Source: Dehalococcoidia bacterium (GTDB lineage Bacteria > Chloroflexota > Dehalococcoidia > Lucifugimonadales > UBA3495). Taken from it: DNA of 64,000 nucleotides. A program made the translations under genes and the position numbers. Position 1 is the stretch's first letter, and each line of letters opens with the position of its first letter. This document shows positions 44,185 to 52,593 of this stretch, piece by piece. Under the pieces are notes generated by a model. That model was not told the origin of the DNA. It saw only the letters and a program-made list of their open reading frames with translations, and searched no databases. The DNA lies in the NCBI GenBank assembly GCA_965261355.1, contig CBDHDK010000002.1:2456-66455 (forward strand), written 5' to 3'.

Positions 44185-46659
44185 GTGATGGTAAGTTCGT
44201 CTGCCGTAACCGAGAGCGGCGGGTTCAGGTATATCGGCAAGCCCATCAGGAGGAAAGAGGACCGGCGGTTTCTCACCGGGCGTGGGCAATTCGTGGACGA
44301 CGTGAAGCTGCCGAATGCGCTGCACGCCGCCATCCTGCGCAGTCCTCACGCCCACGCCAGCATCGTCTCCATCGACACCGCGCCGGCCCGGGAGATGCTT
44401 GGCGTGGTGGATGTCCTGACCTTCCAGGACATAGCGGCGATGGTAGAGCCGCGACCCATCCCGGTTCGGCTTAGAGCGTACAGCGATCTGCTGCGGTTCC
44501 TGCAGTACCCACTGGCCCAGGGAAAGGTGCGGTACGTTGGCGATCCGGTGGCGATAGTGCTGGCAGAAAGCCGGTACCTTGCGGAGGATGCTGTCGAGGC
44601 GGTGCAGGTTGAGTACGAACCAATGCCTGCCTTGGTGGACGTGAAGGAGTCAGTGAAGGGCGAGACGCTAATTCACGAGGCTCAGGGAACCAACATCGCC
44701 TTCGAGTTCTCGTCGTCAATCGGTGATCCCGACGCTGCTTTCCGTGACGCAGAGTACGTGCGGAAGGAGGAGTTCCGCTGCCACCGGCACACTGCCAACC
44801 CCATGGAAACCCGGGGTCTTGCGGCGTCTTATGACGCGGGACGGGAGCAGCTGACGGTCTGGGGCGAGACGAAGGTGCCGCACTACAACCGAGGTGTGCT
44901 GTCATCGCTGCTGCAGATGCCTGAGCACCGCATCCACTTCGTGGAGCCGGATGTGGGCGGCGGGTTCGGAGTACGCGGGGAATTCTATCCCGAGAATTTC
45001 CTGGTGCCTTTCGCGGCGATCAAGACGGGGCGACCGGTGAAGTGGACCGAAGACCGGGCCGAGCATCTAATCGCGGCCAACCACTCGCGGGAGCACGTTT
45101 GCGAACTGGAGGTAGCAGCGCGAAGGGACGGCACGATACTAGGGATGCGGGCACGGGTGCTGGGTGCGCTGGGCGGGTACGTACGGACACACGGGGCGTC
45201 GGTGCCGACCTCAACGACGGCGCTGATGACAGGTCCATACAACATCCCCAACTACGGGTGGGACGTGAAGTGCGTGCTGACCAACAAAGTGGGAATGGGG
45301 ACGTTCAGCGCACCGGGGCGGTATGAGTCGTGCTTCTTCCGTGAGCGGATGTTCGACATGGTTGCCGCCGACCTGGGCCTGGACCCCACAGAGTTCCGGC
45401 AGAAGAACCTCATCCCGCCTTCGATGATGCCGTACGAGGTGGGAAGGACCCGTCCGGAAACCTATTCCATAATCTATGACAGCGGGGACTACCCCGAGTT
45501 GCTGCGGCAGGCGCTGGAGGGAATCGAGTACGAGTCGCTGAAGCCGGACATGGGACGTGAAGTGGATGGCAAGTACCACGGCGTGGGGACGGCGTGCTTC
45601 GTGAAGAGCACGGGCACCGGGGACCCGGGCGAAGGGGCGCGAATCGTCATCACCAACGCGGGGGGACCGCACCAAGGGCCGCTGCCGGGCGAGCGAGGAA
45701 TGCAAACGTACCCAGGTTGGGGAGACGAAAGCGAACCGGCGCGGGCGGAGGTCGCCGTCTACCTGGGCATCGCCACGATGGGACAGGGGCACGAGACCAT
45801 CTTCGCGCAGATCTGCGCCGACGGGCTGGGAGTGCCACTGGAAAGCGTGACGGTGTACCACGGCAGCACTGACCTGACGCCCTTCGGCGGGGGCACATAC
45901 GCCAGCCGCGGCACGACGCTGGCGGGCAACGCGGTGTATGGGGCGGCGCAGAAGCTGCGGGACAGGGTGCTGGCGGTGGCGGCGGCGTATATGGACATCG
46001 ACCCGTCGGAACTGGAGCTGGCTAACTGGATGGTACAGCGCAAGGGGGGCGCACTGGAATCGGACCTGACGCTCACGCTGGCGGAGGTGCTTCGGCTGGC
46101 AGCCCCGGCGAGCCGTTATAACCTGGGCGAGGCGGGACTGGAGGTGAACCACTACTTCCAGTCGCCACAGGAGCTGTATCCGTGTGGGGCCCACGCGGTG
46201 CATGTGGCGGTCGACCCGGAGACGGGCGAGATCGACATTCTGCGCTATGTCATTGCAGAGGACGTAGGGCACGTCATCAACCCGCTGCTGCTGAACGGGC
46301 AAATCATCGGAGCGGCGGCGCAAGGCGTGGGGGCGACACTGCTGGAGGAACTGGTTTACGACGATCAGGGACAGCCGCTGGCCGGAACGCTGATGGACTA
46401 TCTGCTGCCGACGGCCACGGACATACCGGACTTCGAAACGAGGGTGCTGGACCTGGCTCCCTCGCCGCTGAATCCGCTGGGCGTGAAGGGCGGCGGCGAG
46501 ATCGGCATCGTAGCGACGGGAGCGGCGCTGGCCAACGCGGTCTCGAGCGCCCTGGCCCCATTTGGGGTTCAGGTGCGCGGGCTGCCGCTCAGTCCCGACC
46601 GTGTGCGGCGCCTGGTGCGAGAGGCGGAGGAGGCTAGCGCCCGAGTCGGCTCGCCATAA
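44185..46659 (+). CDS. Mo-hydroxylase large subunit (CoxL-like, paralog 2), intact
   Basis: 824 aa. ..IGKPIRRKEDRRFLTGRGQFVDDV.., ..EPDVGGGFGVRGE.., ..GTFSAPGRYESCFF.., ..LGVKGGGEIGIVA.. Confidence 0.9.
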   Translation: MMVSSSAVTESGGFRYIGKPIRRKEDRRFLTGRGQFVDDVKLPNALHAAILRSPHAHASIVSIDTAPAREMLGVVDVLTFQDIAAMVEPRPIPVRLRAYSDLLRFLQYPLAQGKVRYVGDPVAIVLAESRYLAEDAVEAVQVEYEPMPALVDVKESVKGETLIHEAQGTNIAFEFSSSIGDPDAAFRDAEYVRKEEFRCHRHTANPMETRGLAASYDAGREQLTVWGETKVPHYNRGVLSSLLQMPEHRIHFVEPDVGGGFGVRGEFYPENFLVPFAAIKTGRPVKWTEDRAEHLIAANHSREHVCELEVAARRDGTILGMRARVLGALGGYVRTHGASVPTSTTALMTGPYNIPNYGWDVKCVLTNKVGMGTFSAPGRYESCFFRERMFDMVAADLGLDPTEFRQKNLIPPSMMPYEVGRTRPETYSIIYDSGDYPELLRQALEGIEYESLKPDMGREVDGKYHGVGTACFVKSTGTGDPGEGARIVITNAGGPHQGPLPGERGMQTYPGWGDESEPARAEVAVYLGIATMGQGHETIFAQICADGLGVPLESVTVYHGSTDLTPFGGGTYASRGTTLAGNAVYGAAQKLRDRVLAVAAAYMDIDPSELELANWMVQRKGGALESDLTLTLAEVLRLAAPASRYNLGEAGLEVNHYFQSPQELYPCGAHAVHVAVDPETGEIDILRYVIAEDVGHVINPLLLNGQIIGAAAQGVGATLLEELVYDDQGQPLAGTLMDYLLPTATDIPDFETRVLDLAPSPLNPLGVKGGGEIGIVATGAALANAVSSALAPFGVQVRGLPLSPDRVRRLVREAEEASARVGSP

Positions 46660-46739
46660 CTCTGGGATGTGATTCCCTGCCAGGTTCAGGAAATTGTCCG
46701 GGCAGGGGTAGCGGCCGGCGGGTTAAGTCGAAGAACGTA

Positions 46740-46768
46740 GAAGGGGCGGGATTGAAACCCGCCCCTTC
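46740..46768. terminator. bidirectional terminator hairpin between convergent genes
   Basis: GAAGGGGCGGG-attgaaa-CCCGCCCCTTC, an 11-bp perfect stem between the coxL-like stop (46659) and the enoyl-CoA hydratase stop (46795). Confidence 0.6.
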
Positions 46769-46794
46769 TGCTTCTCGCTGGTTGTCTGAAGGGA

Positions 46795-47571
46795 TTAGCG
46801 GCCCTGCCAGTTGGGCTTGCGCTTTTCGGCGAAGGCGCGGGGGCCTTCCTGGCTGTCTTCGGTGGTGAGGAGCTGGTCGTACATGTGATAGGTGAGGGAT
46901 GAGATGTCTTGCGTGGACATGTTGAGGCCGCGGTAGGCGAGCTCCTTGAAATACTGGACGGCCAAGGGGGCGTTCTCGGCAATCTGCAGGGCGAGGGCCA
47001 TGGCCTCTTCCATCAGATCCTCGGCCGGGACTACCTTGTTGAGGAAGCCGATGTCGTAAGCGCGCTGGGCGGTGATTGGCGCGGCGGTGAAGACGAGTTC
47101 TAGCACCGCAGACAGGGGAATCATCTTTGGCAGTATGGTGCCGAAGGGGGGCAGGAGGCTCCACTTTGTCTCGGTGATGCCAAGCCTCGCGTCGTCGGAG
47201 GCAAGGCGGAGGTCGCACATCTGGGCGATGGACCAGCCACCGGCCAGGGCGAAGCCGTTGACGGCGGCGATCATGGGTTTCCAGGTCTGCGGCCACATGT
47301 AGGGCCTGTCAGGACTCATGCTGTGGGAGGCGCGGGCCTGAACGCCTTCGGCGTTGTCCTCGGCGCGCTCCTTAAGGTCGCGGCCGGCGCAGAAGGCCCG
47401 CCCAGCGCCGGTGACGATGGCGACAAAGGCCTGGGGGTCGCTGTCGAACTCGGTGATGGCGTCGGCAAGCTCGCCACGGAGTTGTCGGTTGATGGCGTTC
47501 AGGTTGTCCGGGCGGTTGAGGGTGATGACTACGATGTTATCCCGCTTTTCGTAAAGGACTGTTTCAGCCAA
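46795..47571 (-). CDS. enoyl-CoA hydratase/isomerase family protein
   Basis: ..VVITLNRPDNLNAIN.., ..AIVTGAGRAFCAGRDLKE.., ..MIAAVNGFALAGG.. Confidence 0.9.
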   Translation of the reverse strand: MAETVLYEKRDNIVVITLNRPDNLNAINRQLRGELADAITEFDSDPQAFVAIVTGAGRAFCAGRDLKERAEDNAEGVQARASHSMSPDRPYMWPQTWKPMIAAVNGFALAGGWSIAQMCDLRLASDDARLGITETKWSLLPPFGTILPKMIPLSAVLELVFTAAPITAQRAYDIGFLNKVVPAEDLMEEAMALALQIAENAPLAVQYFKELAYRGLNMSTQDISSLTYHMYDQLLTTEDSQEGPRAFAEKRKPNWQGR

Positions 47572-47603
47572 ATCGGTATGCTCCCTAGATAAGACTGTTG
47601 TTA

Positions 47604-47990
47604 CTACGATCGCGAAGGGTACGGGCTGGGGATGGACGACATACTCAGGTCATGCTCGACGTAGTGGCCGAGGAAGGTGCCGCCAACGACATGGAGGTGA
47701 CCGTGGCTCTGGCTCTGAAGGCCATCCCGTCCGAAGTTGGAGAGGATGCGGAACCCGTTGGGGGCGTACATAGCGCCCATGTCTACCATCAACCGGCCCA
47801 GCCGGGGCAACAACCCGCTGTCCCACATACCAATCTGCGATAGGTGCTCCTTGGGCATTACCAGAAGCATGAGTGGCACCCAGTCCAGCCTGTTTACGAT
47901 GACGATAATGTCATTGTCCACATAGCGAACCCTGGCGGGTGACTTGCCAGCGACTATCTGGCAAAAGACACAGTTGGGATCGGTTCTCAA
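47604..47990 (-). CDS. HIT-family (histidine triad) protein
   Basis: ..DPNCVFCQIVAGKSPA.., ..LLVMPKEH.., histidine triad ..SQSHGHLHVVGG... The start is taken at TTG 47990. The longer track ORF (to 48497) reads into element B and is not credible. Confidence 0.75.
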   Translation of the reverse strand: MRTDPNCVFCQIVAGKSPARVRYVDNDIIVIVNRLDWVPLMLLVMPKEHLSQIGMWDSGLLPRLGRLMVDMGAMYAPNGFRILSNFGRDGLQSQSHGHLHVVGGTFLGHYVEHDLSMSSIPSPYPSRS

Positions 47991-48123
47991 GGGCTCGTAT
48001 CCGCAGAGGTAATCCGGCGATTTTGCGATGTGAATATAGTCGGGGGCAATGAGGTTGTCAACGCGAATGGCGGCTAGACTACCTTGGCTGGAGAGGCGGA
48101 ATGTGACGGGCCTGCCCTTGAAG

Positions 48124-49114
48124 CAGGGCAATCGCGTCTTATGACTCAGCCCACAAATCGGGCCCGATTGGCGGTGCAGGTAGTGGTGGCAGTGCCTCCT
48201 TCGGTTCTGGGTGCGAGGTGAGACGGGGGTTTGGATTCCCGCCTGCGCGGGAAAGACGGGGTACGCGGCCTCCGGCGGGGGTACGCGGCCTCCGGCGTTT
48301 GAGACGGGATTGCCCTGGTGGTCAGTCCCGGGGGCGGGCGTCCCAGTGCAGGGCGGCGCGGACGAGGCCGGCGTTGGAGGCCCGAGGCAGCAGGGATTCG
48401 AGGAATCCGCGGGGCTCGGGGCAGCGGTTTTCGTCGACGCAGTGGCGTATGTATCTCTGAAAGTCGATGAAGGCAGCGTTGCGAATACCGGCTTCACGCA
48501 CCTTCGCGACCGCCTGGAAGGGGTCGGGCAGGGGTTTGCCGTCGGCGTGGTCGGTGGTCCAATCCTGGCAGAGGCGCTCGGCGACGCGGCGGGCGCGGAC
48601 TACGGAGAGGGCGAGGGCAAAACGACGCTGGAGGGTTCTGACGCGGCTCCTTATCTGAGCGAGGGTCATTGAGCATCTCCTCAAGGGCCCGGGCGGCCCA
48701 TAAATCTTGAAATTCCGAGCAAATCGGAGCGTTTCCGTTCATTGCAGCTTTGGGGTGGCCGGTGGAGTGGCGGTGGTTCGAAGGGCCTCAGCCTTGTCTC
48801 AGTCAGGATTTTCACAATGGCCAGCCAGCCAGGACGGGCATTTACGGCAGCTATTTCACCCTCACGACGGCGATGTCTCCCGCGGGAAAATATCCTGTTC
48901 TCTATCAGCACACATATTCTTATATATATGCTACACACGTCCTGCAGGAGTCGGCAAGGGGCAAGTGTCATCAATTCAGGAGTGAGGGTGGCTACTTCAC
49001 TTCGGTTCTGGGTGCGGGCGTAGACGGGGGTTTGGATTCCCGCCTGCGCGGGGATGACGGATTGCGGGGATGACGGATTACAAAGCCCCCGGCATTTAAG
49101 ACGCGATTGCCTTG
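48124..49114 (-). mobile_element. ~1-kb TIR-bounded element, copy B (inverted relative to copy A)
   Basis: Ends are CAGGGCAATCGCGTCTTATGAC... and ...CATTTAAGACGCGATTGCCTTG. The flanks GCCCTTGAAG / GCCTTGACG(T) form an imperfect TSD. Collinear with 12946..13916 on the opposite strand. Relative to A it has an extra 18-bp tandem duplication and lacks the 4-bp insertion. Confidence 0.75.
48322..48669 (-). CDS. element-borne small basic protein (115 aa), intact copy
   Basis: MTLAQIRSRVRTLQRRFALALSVVRARRVAERLCQDWTTDHADGKPLPDPFQAVAKVREAGIRNAAFIDFQRYIRHCVDENRCPEPRGFLESLLPRASNAGLVRAALHWDARPRD. Against copy A, I count 7 synonymous differences and 4 amino-acid changes in the first ~255 nt (hand alignment). 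Confidence 0.6.
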   Translation of the reverse strand: MTLAQIRSRVRTLQRRFALALSVVRARRVAERLCQDWTTDHADGKPLPDPFQAVAKVREAGIRNAAFIDFQRYIRHCVDENRCPEPRGFLESLLPRASNAGLVRAALHWDARPRD

Positions 49115-49234
49115 GCCTTGACGTGGCTGGAAACCCTAACGCGGCAGAAGCGGTTATACTGATGCCGCGATTTGCCCGCGGAAAGGCATGCCGCGCCTGG
49201 AGCGAGCAGGCGAGCCTGGAGGAGAAACAGATCG

Positions 49235-50368
49235 ATGCACTGTGGAGTGATGGTTACCGGGTATAACCAAGGCGACTGGCCCCGCCTGATGGCGGAAGAC
49301 TACGACCGCCCACCGGCGATAACGGACGCCAGCAATATGGACGACACCCTCTACATGGGAGAACTGGTCGAACCGCTGGGGTTCGATTCGATATGGGCAA
49401 CCGAACACTACGGTTCTGCCTATTCAATGCAGCCCAACCCTCTGCAGTACCTAGCGTACTGGGCAGGCAGAACAAGTCGTGTTGATGTGGGTACCGCGGT
49501 CATCGTCGCTCCGTGGTGGAACCCAGTCAGACTGGCGTCCGAGATTTCCATGCTGGACATCCTGCTGAAAGGCAGGCAGTTGCACCTCGGAATCGGCCGC
49601 GGAATCGCGCCGCACGAGTATGCTTCATTGGGCTACCCGATCGACCAATCACACAAGTACTTCTACGATGTGATCAACGCCATCAAGGCCGCGGACGGTG
49701 CGGAACGGTTCGATTTCAAGGGGGACGTCTACGACATTCCGCCGACCACCATCCGGCCCCAGGCCCGGCACAAGGGTGAGCTTACGAAGGACATCAAGGT
49801 AGCGTTCACCACAGAGGCATCGGCGAGAATGGCTGCCGAAAACGGTCTCGGACAGATGTTTGTGGCCGGAGACGACGTCAACGAAATGACGGACAAGGTG
49901 CGGCGGTTCAATGCGATCAGGAGGGAACTAGGCCTGCCTCCCGACCAGCCTACGACGTTGCTTTGGATGTACTGCGCCGAGACCGCAGAGGAGGCCGAAG
50001 AGGGCTGGACGTATTTCCACAACCAACTCACCGCGGCGCAGCACCACTACTTCGAGTGGAACAACCCGGGCTATGAAGGCATACAGGGTTACGAGGAATA
50101 CCTGATACGCCAGACAGCCGACGTCGGTACGGCGGACGCCAGTTTCGCCATGAGGCGCGCCACGCAACCCATTGGCACCCCGGACGAGATCATCGAAAAG
50201 ATCAGGGCGCTGCAGTGGACCATCAGCCTGGAAAAGCTGGTAGTCCACATGTTTTACGGAGGGATGCCGAGGGAAAAGGCCGAAAAGAGCCTCAGACTCT
50301 TCGCCGAAAAGGTCCTTCCGGAAGTGCAGGCCATGCCTACTCCGATCAATTCCAAGTCCTTGGGGTGA
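49235..50368 (+). CDS. LLM-class (luciferase-like) flavin-dependent oxidoreductase
   Basis: ..GFDSIWATEHY.., ..LASEISMLDILLKGRQLHLGIGRG... ATG 49235 is preceded by GGAGGAG; the track start is 49172. Confidence 0.8.
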   Translation: MHCGVMVTGYNQGDWPRLMAEDYDRPPAITDASNMDDTLYMGELVEPLGFDSIWATEHYGSAYSMQPNPLQYLAYWAGRTSRVDVGTAVIVAPWWNPVRLASEISMLDILLKGRQLHLGIGRGIAPHEYASLGYPIDQSHKYFYDVINAIKAADGAERFDFKGDVYDIPPTTIRPQARHKGELTKDIKVAFTTEASARMAAENGLGQMFVAGDDVNEMTDKVRRFNAIRRELGLPPDQPTTLLWMYCAETAEEAEEGWTYFHNQLTAAQHHYFEWNNPGYEGIQGYEEYLIRQTADVGTADASFAMRRATQPIGTPDEIIEKIRALQWTISLEKLVVHMFYGGMPREKAEKSLRLFAEKVLPEVQAMPTPINSKSLG

Positions 50369-50500
50369 CCCACCTACTGAGAAACCGGCCCGGTAATGGG
50401 CTGAACGAATCGCCGGGGAGATTCACGGGGTTCCGGCCGCAGCTTCCAGATTCGTTTTCCGGCTTTTCGGGTTGTGGTATTATTTGCGGCGGAGGTCGCA

Positions 50501-50992
50501 ATGTTCGGTTTGGGCGTATTGACGGTCAGCACATCGGGAGCGCAGGGCAGCCGCGAGGACACCAGCGGAGAAGCCATCCGCGAGATACTGTCGTCGGACG
50601 GCTTTGAGGTGGTGCGATCCGAGATAGTGGCGGACGACCATGCGACGATTGCAGAGAAATTGTCGGAGTGGGCTGACGCTTCTGACGTGAACCTGATTGT
50701 TACCACGGGGGGCACCGGTCTGGGGAGACACGACGTGACGCCGGAGGCTTGCCTGTCGATCCTGGACAAGGAAGTGCCGGGAATTGCCGAGGCGATGCGG
50801 GCCAAGACGCTGGAGTTCACACCGATGGCGATGATCAGCCGTTCGGTGGCGGGCATCCGGAGCAACACGCTGATCATCACGCTACCGGGCAGCACCAAGG
50901 GCGTGCGCGAGTGCCTGGAGGTGGTGCAGCCGGTCCTCCACCACTCAATAGAACTACTGCAACGGGAAACGGTGAGCGAGCATCCTGTCTGA
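50501..50992 (+). CDS. MogA/MoaB-family molybdenum cofactor biosynthesis protein
   Basis: MFGLGVLTVSTSGAQGSREDTSGEAI.., ..NLIVTTGGTGLGRHDVTPEA.., ..LPGSTKGVREC.. Confidence 0.85.
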   Translation: MFGLGVLTVSTSGAQGSREDTSGEAIREILSSDGFEVVRSEIVADDHATIAEKLSEWADASDVNLIVTTGGTGLGRHDVTPEACLSILDKEVPGIAEAMRAKTLEFTPMAMISRSVAGIRSNTLIITLPGSTKGVRECLEVVQPVLHHSIELLQRETVSEHPV

Positions 50993-51056
50993 GTGATTCG
51001 GCTCTGAACGGGGAATAGGCTAGCTGCGTCAACACTTTGAATTCGGGTTAGGGAGC

Positions 51057-51404
51057 ATGAGCGAAGGTTCCGGCAACGAGAACGTGGTCTATTGGCCCAG
51101 GGTCAAAGAACTATTGGATGGCATCATGGCGAAATGGATTGAACGCTGGGGGCGAGAACCGTTGCCCGGCATCCACGCTTACTACTGGGAAACACCGGAG
51201 GAGCTGCAAAAATCCGTGCTCTCGGGCATACGGGCAATTGAGCCGGGCGTACCCGGAAAGGACACGCAGCTAGTCCGCTCGCTGGCGCGCAGCGTGGGCA
51301 CCTCGGGCAGAATGCCACTGCGCGGCCCGTTCATGCCCCGAGCTGAGGTCGAGGAAATCATCGCCTGGATCGACAACGGAATGCCAAAGGGGCCTGACTG
51401 CTAG
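51057..51404 (+). CDS. hypothetical protein
   Basis: 115-aa non-repetitive ORF. The C-terminal ..GRMPLRGPFMPRAEVEEIIAWIDNGMP.. is reminiscent of the tail of planctomycete cytochrome-like domains, but there is no CxxCH. Confidence 0.5.
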   Translation: MSEGSGNENVVYWPRVKELLDGIMAKWIERWGREPLPGIHAYYWETPEELQKSVLSGIRAIEPGVPGKDTQLVRSLARSVGTSGRMPLRGPFMPRAEVEEIIAWIDNGMPKGPDC

Positions 51405-51460
51405 GGGCCAAGAGGGTGTGCCACCCTCTCACATACAGCAGTCGCGGCACGTAAAAGAAA

Positions 51461-51482
51461 GGGGCGCACGGTTGTGCGCCCC
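51461..51482. terminator. bidirectional terminator hairpin
   Basis: aaaagaaa-GGGGCGCAC-ggtt-GTGCGCCCC-ttagt, between convergent genes (51404 and 51510). A second hairpin, GAGGGTG-tgc-CACCCTC, lies at about 51411-51429. Confidence 0.6.
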
Positions 51483-51509
51483 TTAGTCGTTGCGAGAGCA
51501 ACAAGCGGT

Positions 51510-52514
51510 CTAGCGAAGGACGGGTTCGTCTTCCTTTACGTAGACCTGGATGCGGCCACGGGTGTGGTCGATGATGGCCACGCGGCCTTGATCGTCAATC
51601 CGCACACCGCAGGGGTGGGCGAAGCGCTGCTCGTAGGTGGGGTCGTTGACGTAGGCGATGTTCCGCTGCCGAATCATGTCGGGGTTGGAATTCAGCTTGT
51701 CCTTGCCCCACTTGGAGAGGGCGGCGTCGCCGCGGAACATAGTGACGAAGCGACCGTCGGGAGCGAAGACCTGCACCCGGTTGTTCATCCAGTCGGCAAC
51801 ATAGATGTCGCCGTCGGCGTCAACGGCTACGCCGTTGGGCCGGTTGAACTGGCCGACGCCATCGCCGGTGGATCCAATGGACTGCTGCCACTCACCGTCG
51901 TGGCTAAAGACCTGGACACGGTCGTTTCGCCAGTCAGCGATGTAGATGTTGTCGTTGCTGTCGAGGCTAATGCCCCACGGCAAGTTGAACTGGCCAGGGC
52001 CGCTGCCCTCGGAGCCAAAACTGCTGATGAACTGGCCGCTGAGAGCGAACTTTTGGACCCGGTTGTTCTTGCTGTCGACAACGATCATGTGGCCGTGGGA
52101 GTCGATGGCGATGCCGGACGGGCCGTTAAGCTCACCCTCGCCGGAGCCAGCGGTTCCCCACTTGCTGATGTAGTCGCCATCGGCCGTGAACTTGGAGATG
52201 CGGTTCAGCCACTCGTCGGCGACGTAAACGTTGCCGTCTGCGTCCAAGGCCACAGAGGTGGGCCAGACGAACTGGCCATCGCCCTCGCCGTACTCGCCGA
52301 AGGCCGAGATGTATTCCTCGTCCAGAGTGCACACGGTCATGTGCACGCCGTCCGGGCGGTTTTCGTAGGAGCGGTTTACGACATAGACCGAGCCGTCGGA
52401 AGAGATTGCCATGTCCACCGGGTTACGGAAGCCGGTGCCGGCAAATTCGTTCCGGCCGACGGCGTGGCTATGGTAAAATGTCCGGTCTTTCAGACCGAAA
52501 AAATGTGTCGCCAT
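51510..52514 (-). CDS. NHL-repeat beta-propeller protein
   Basis: Six repeats of the ..G.G.GQF..P.G(I/V)A(V/L)D..G.(I/V)YVAD..N.R(V/I)Q(V/K)F.. pattern. Confidence 0.8.
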   Translation of the reverse strand: MATHFFGLKDRTFYHSHAVGRNEFAGTGFRNPVDMAISSDGSVYVVNRSYENRPDGVHMTVCTLDEEYISAFGEYGEGDGQFVWPTSVALDADGNVYVADEWLNRISKFTADGDYISKWGTAGSGEGELNGPSGIAIDSHGHMIVVDSKNNRVQKFALSGQFISSFGSEGSGPGQFNLPWGISLDSNDNIYIADWRNDRVQVFSHDGEWQQSIGSTGDGVGQFNRPNGVAVDADGDIYVADWMNNRVQVFAPDGRFVTMFRGDAALSKWGKDKLNSNPDMIRQRNIAYVNDPTYEQRFAHPCGVRIDDQGRVAIIDHTRGRIQVYVKEDEPVLR

Positions 52515-52593
52515 ATCCTTACCTCGTCGTACTTTGTGCGTGGGAAGGCATCATCGGACACCTTCCCGTTAAGAGTCAATGGCCGGAAGTGGT

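Noticed and set aside
40008-46659. Annotation of the cluster as a bona fide aerobic carbon monoxide dehydrogenase.
   Set aside because: Neither large subunit has the AYXCSFR active-site loop of form-I CoxL. Only a family-level call (xanthine dehydrogenase/CODH family) is justified.
47991-48497. N-terminal extension of the HIT ORF (the track ORF runs to 48497).
   Set aside because: The extension is encoded by element B (hairpin repeats translated as ..AQAGIQTPVSPRTQNRRRH..). HIT proteins start close to the CVFC motif, and an in-frame TTG at 47990 fits.
50369-50500. Possible Moco riboswitch or other leader upstream of the MogA/MoaB gene.
   Set aside because: I cannot reconstruct the conserved Moco motif from memory well enough to support a call. 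Only a weak extended -10-like TGTGGTATTAT is visible. A covariance-model scan is needed.
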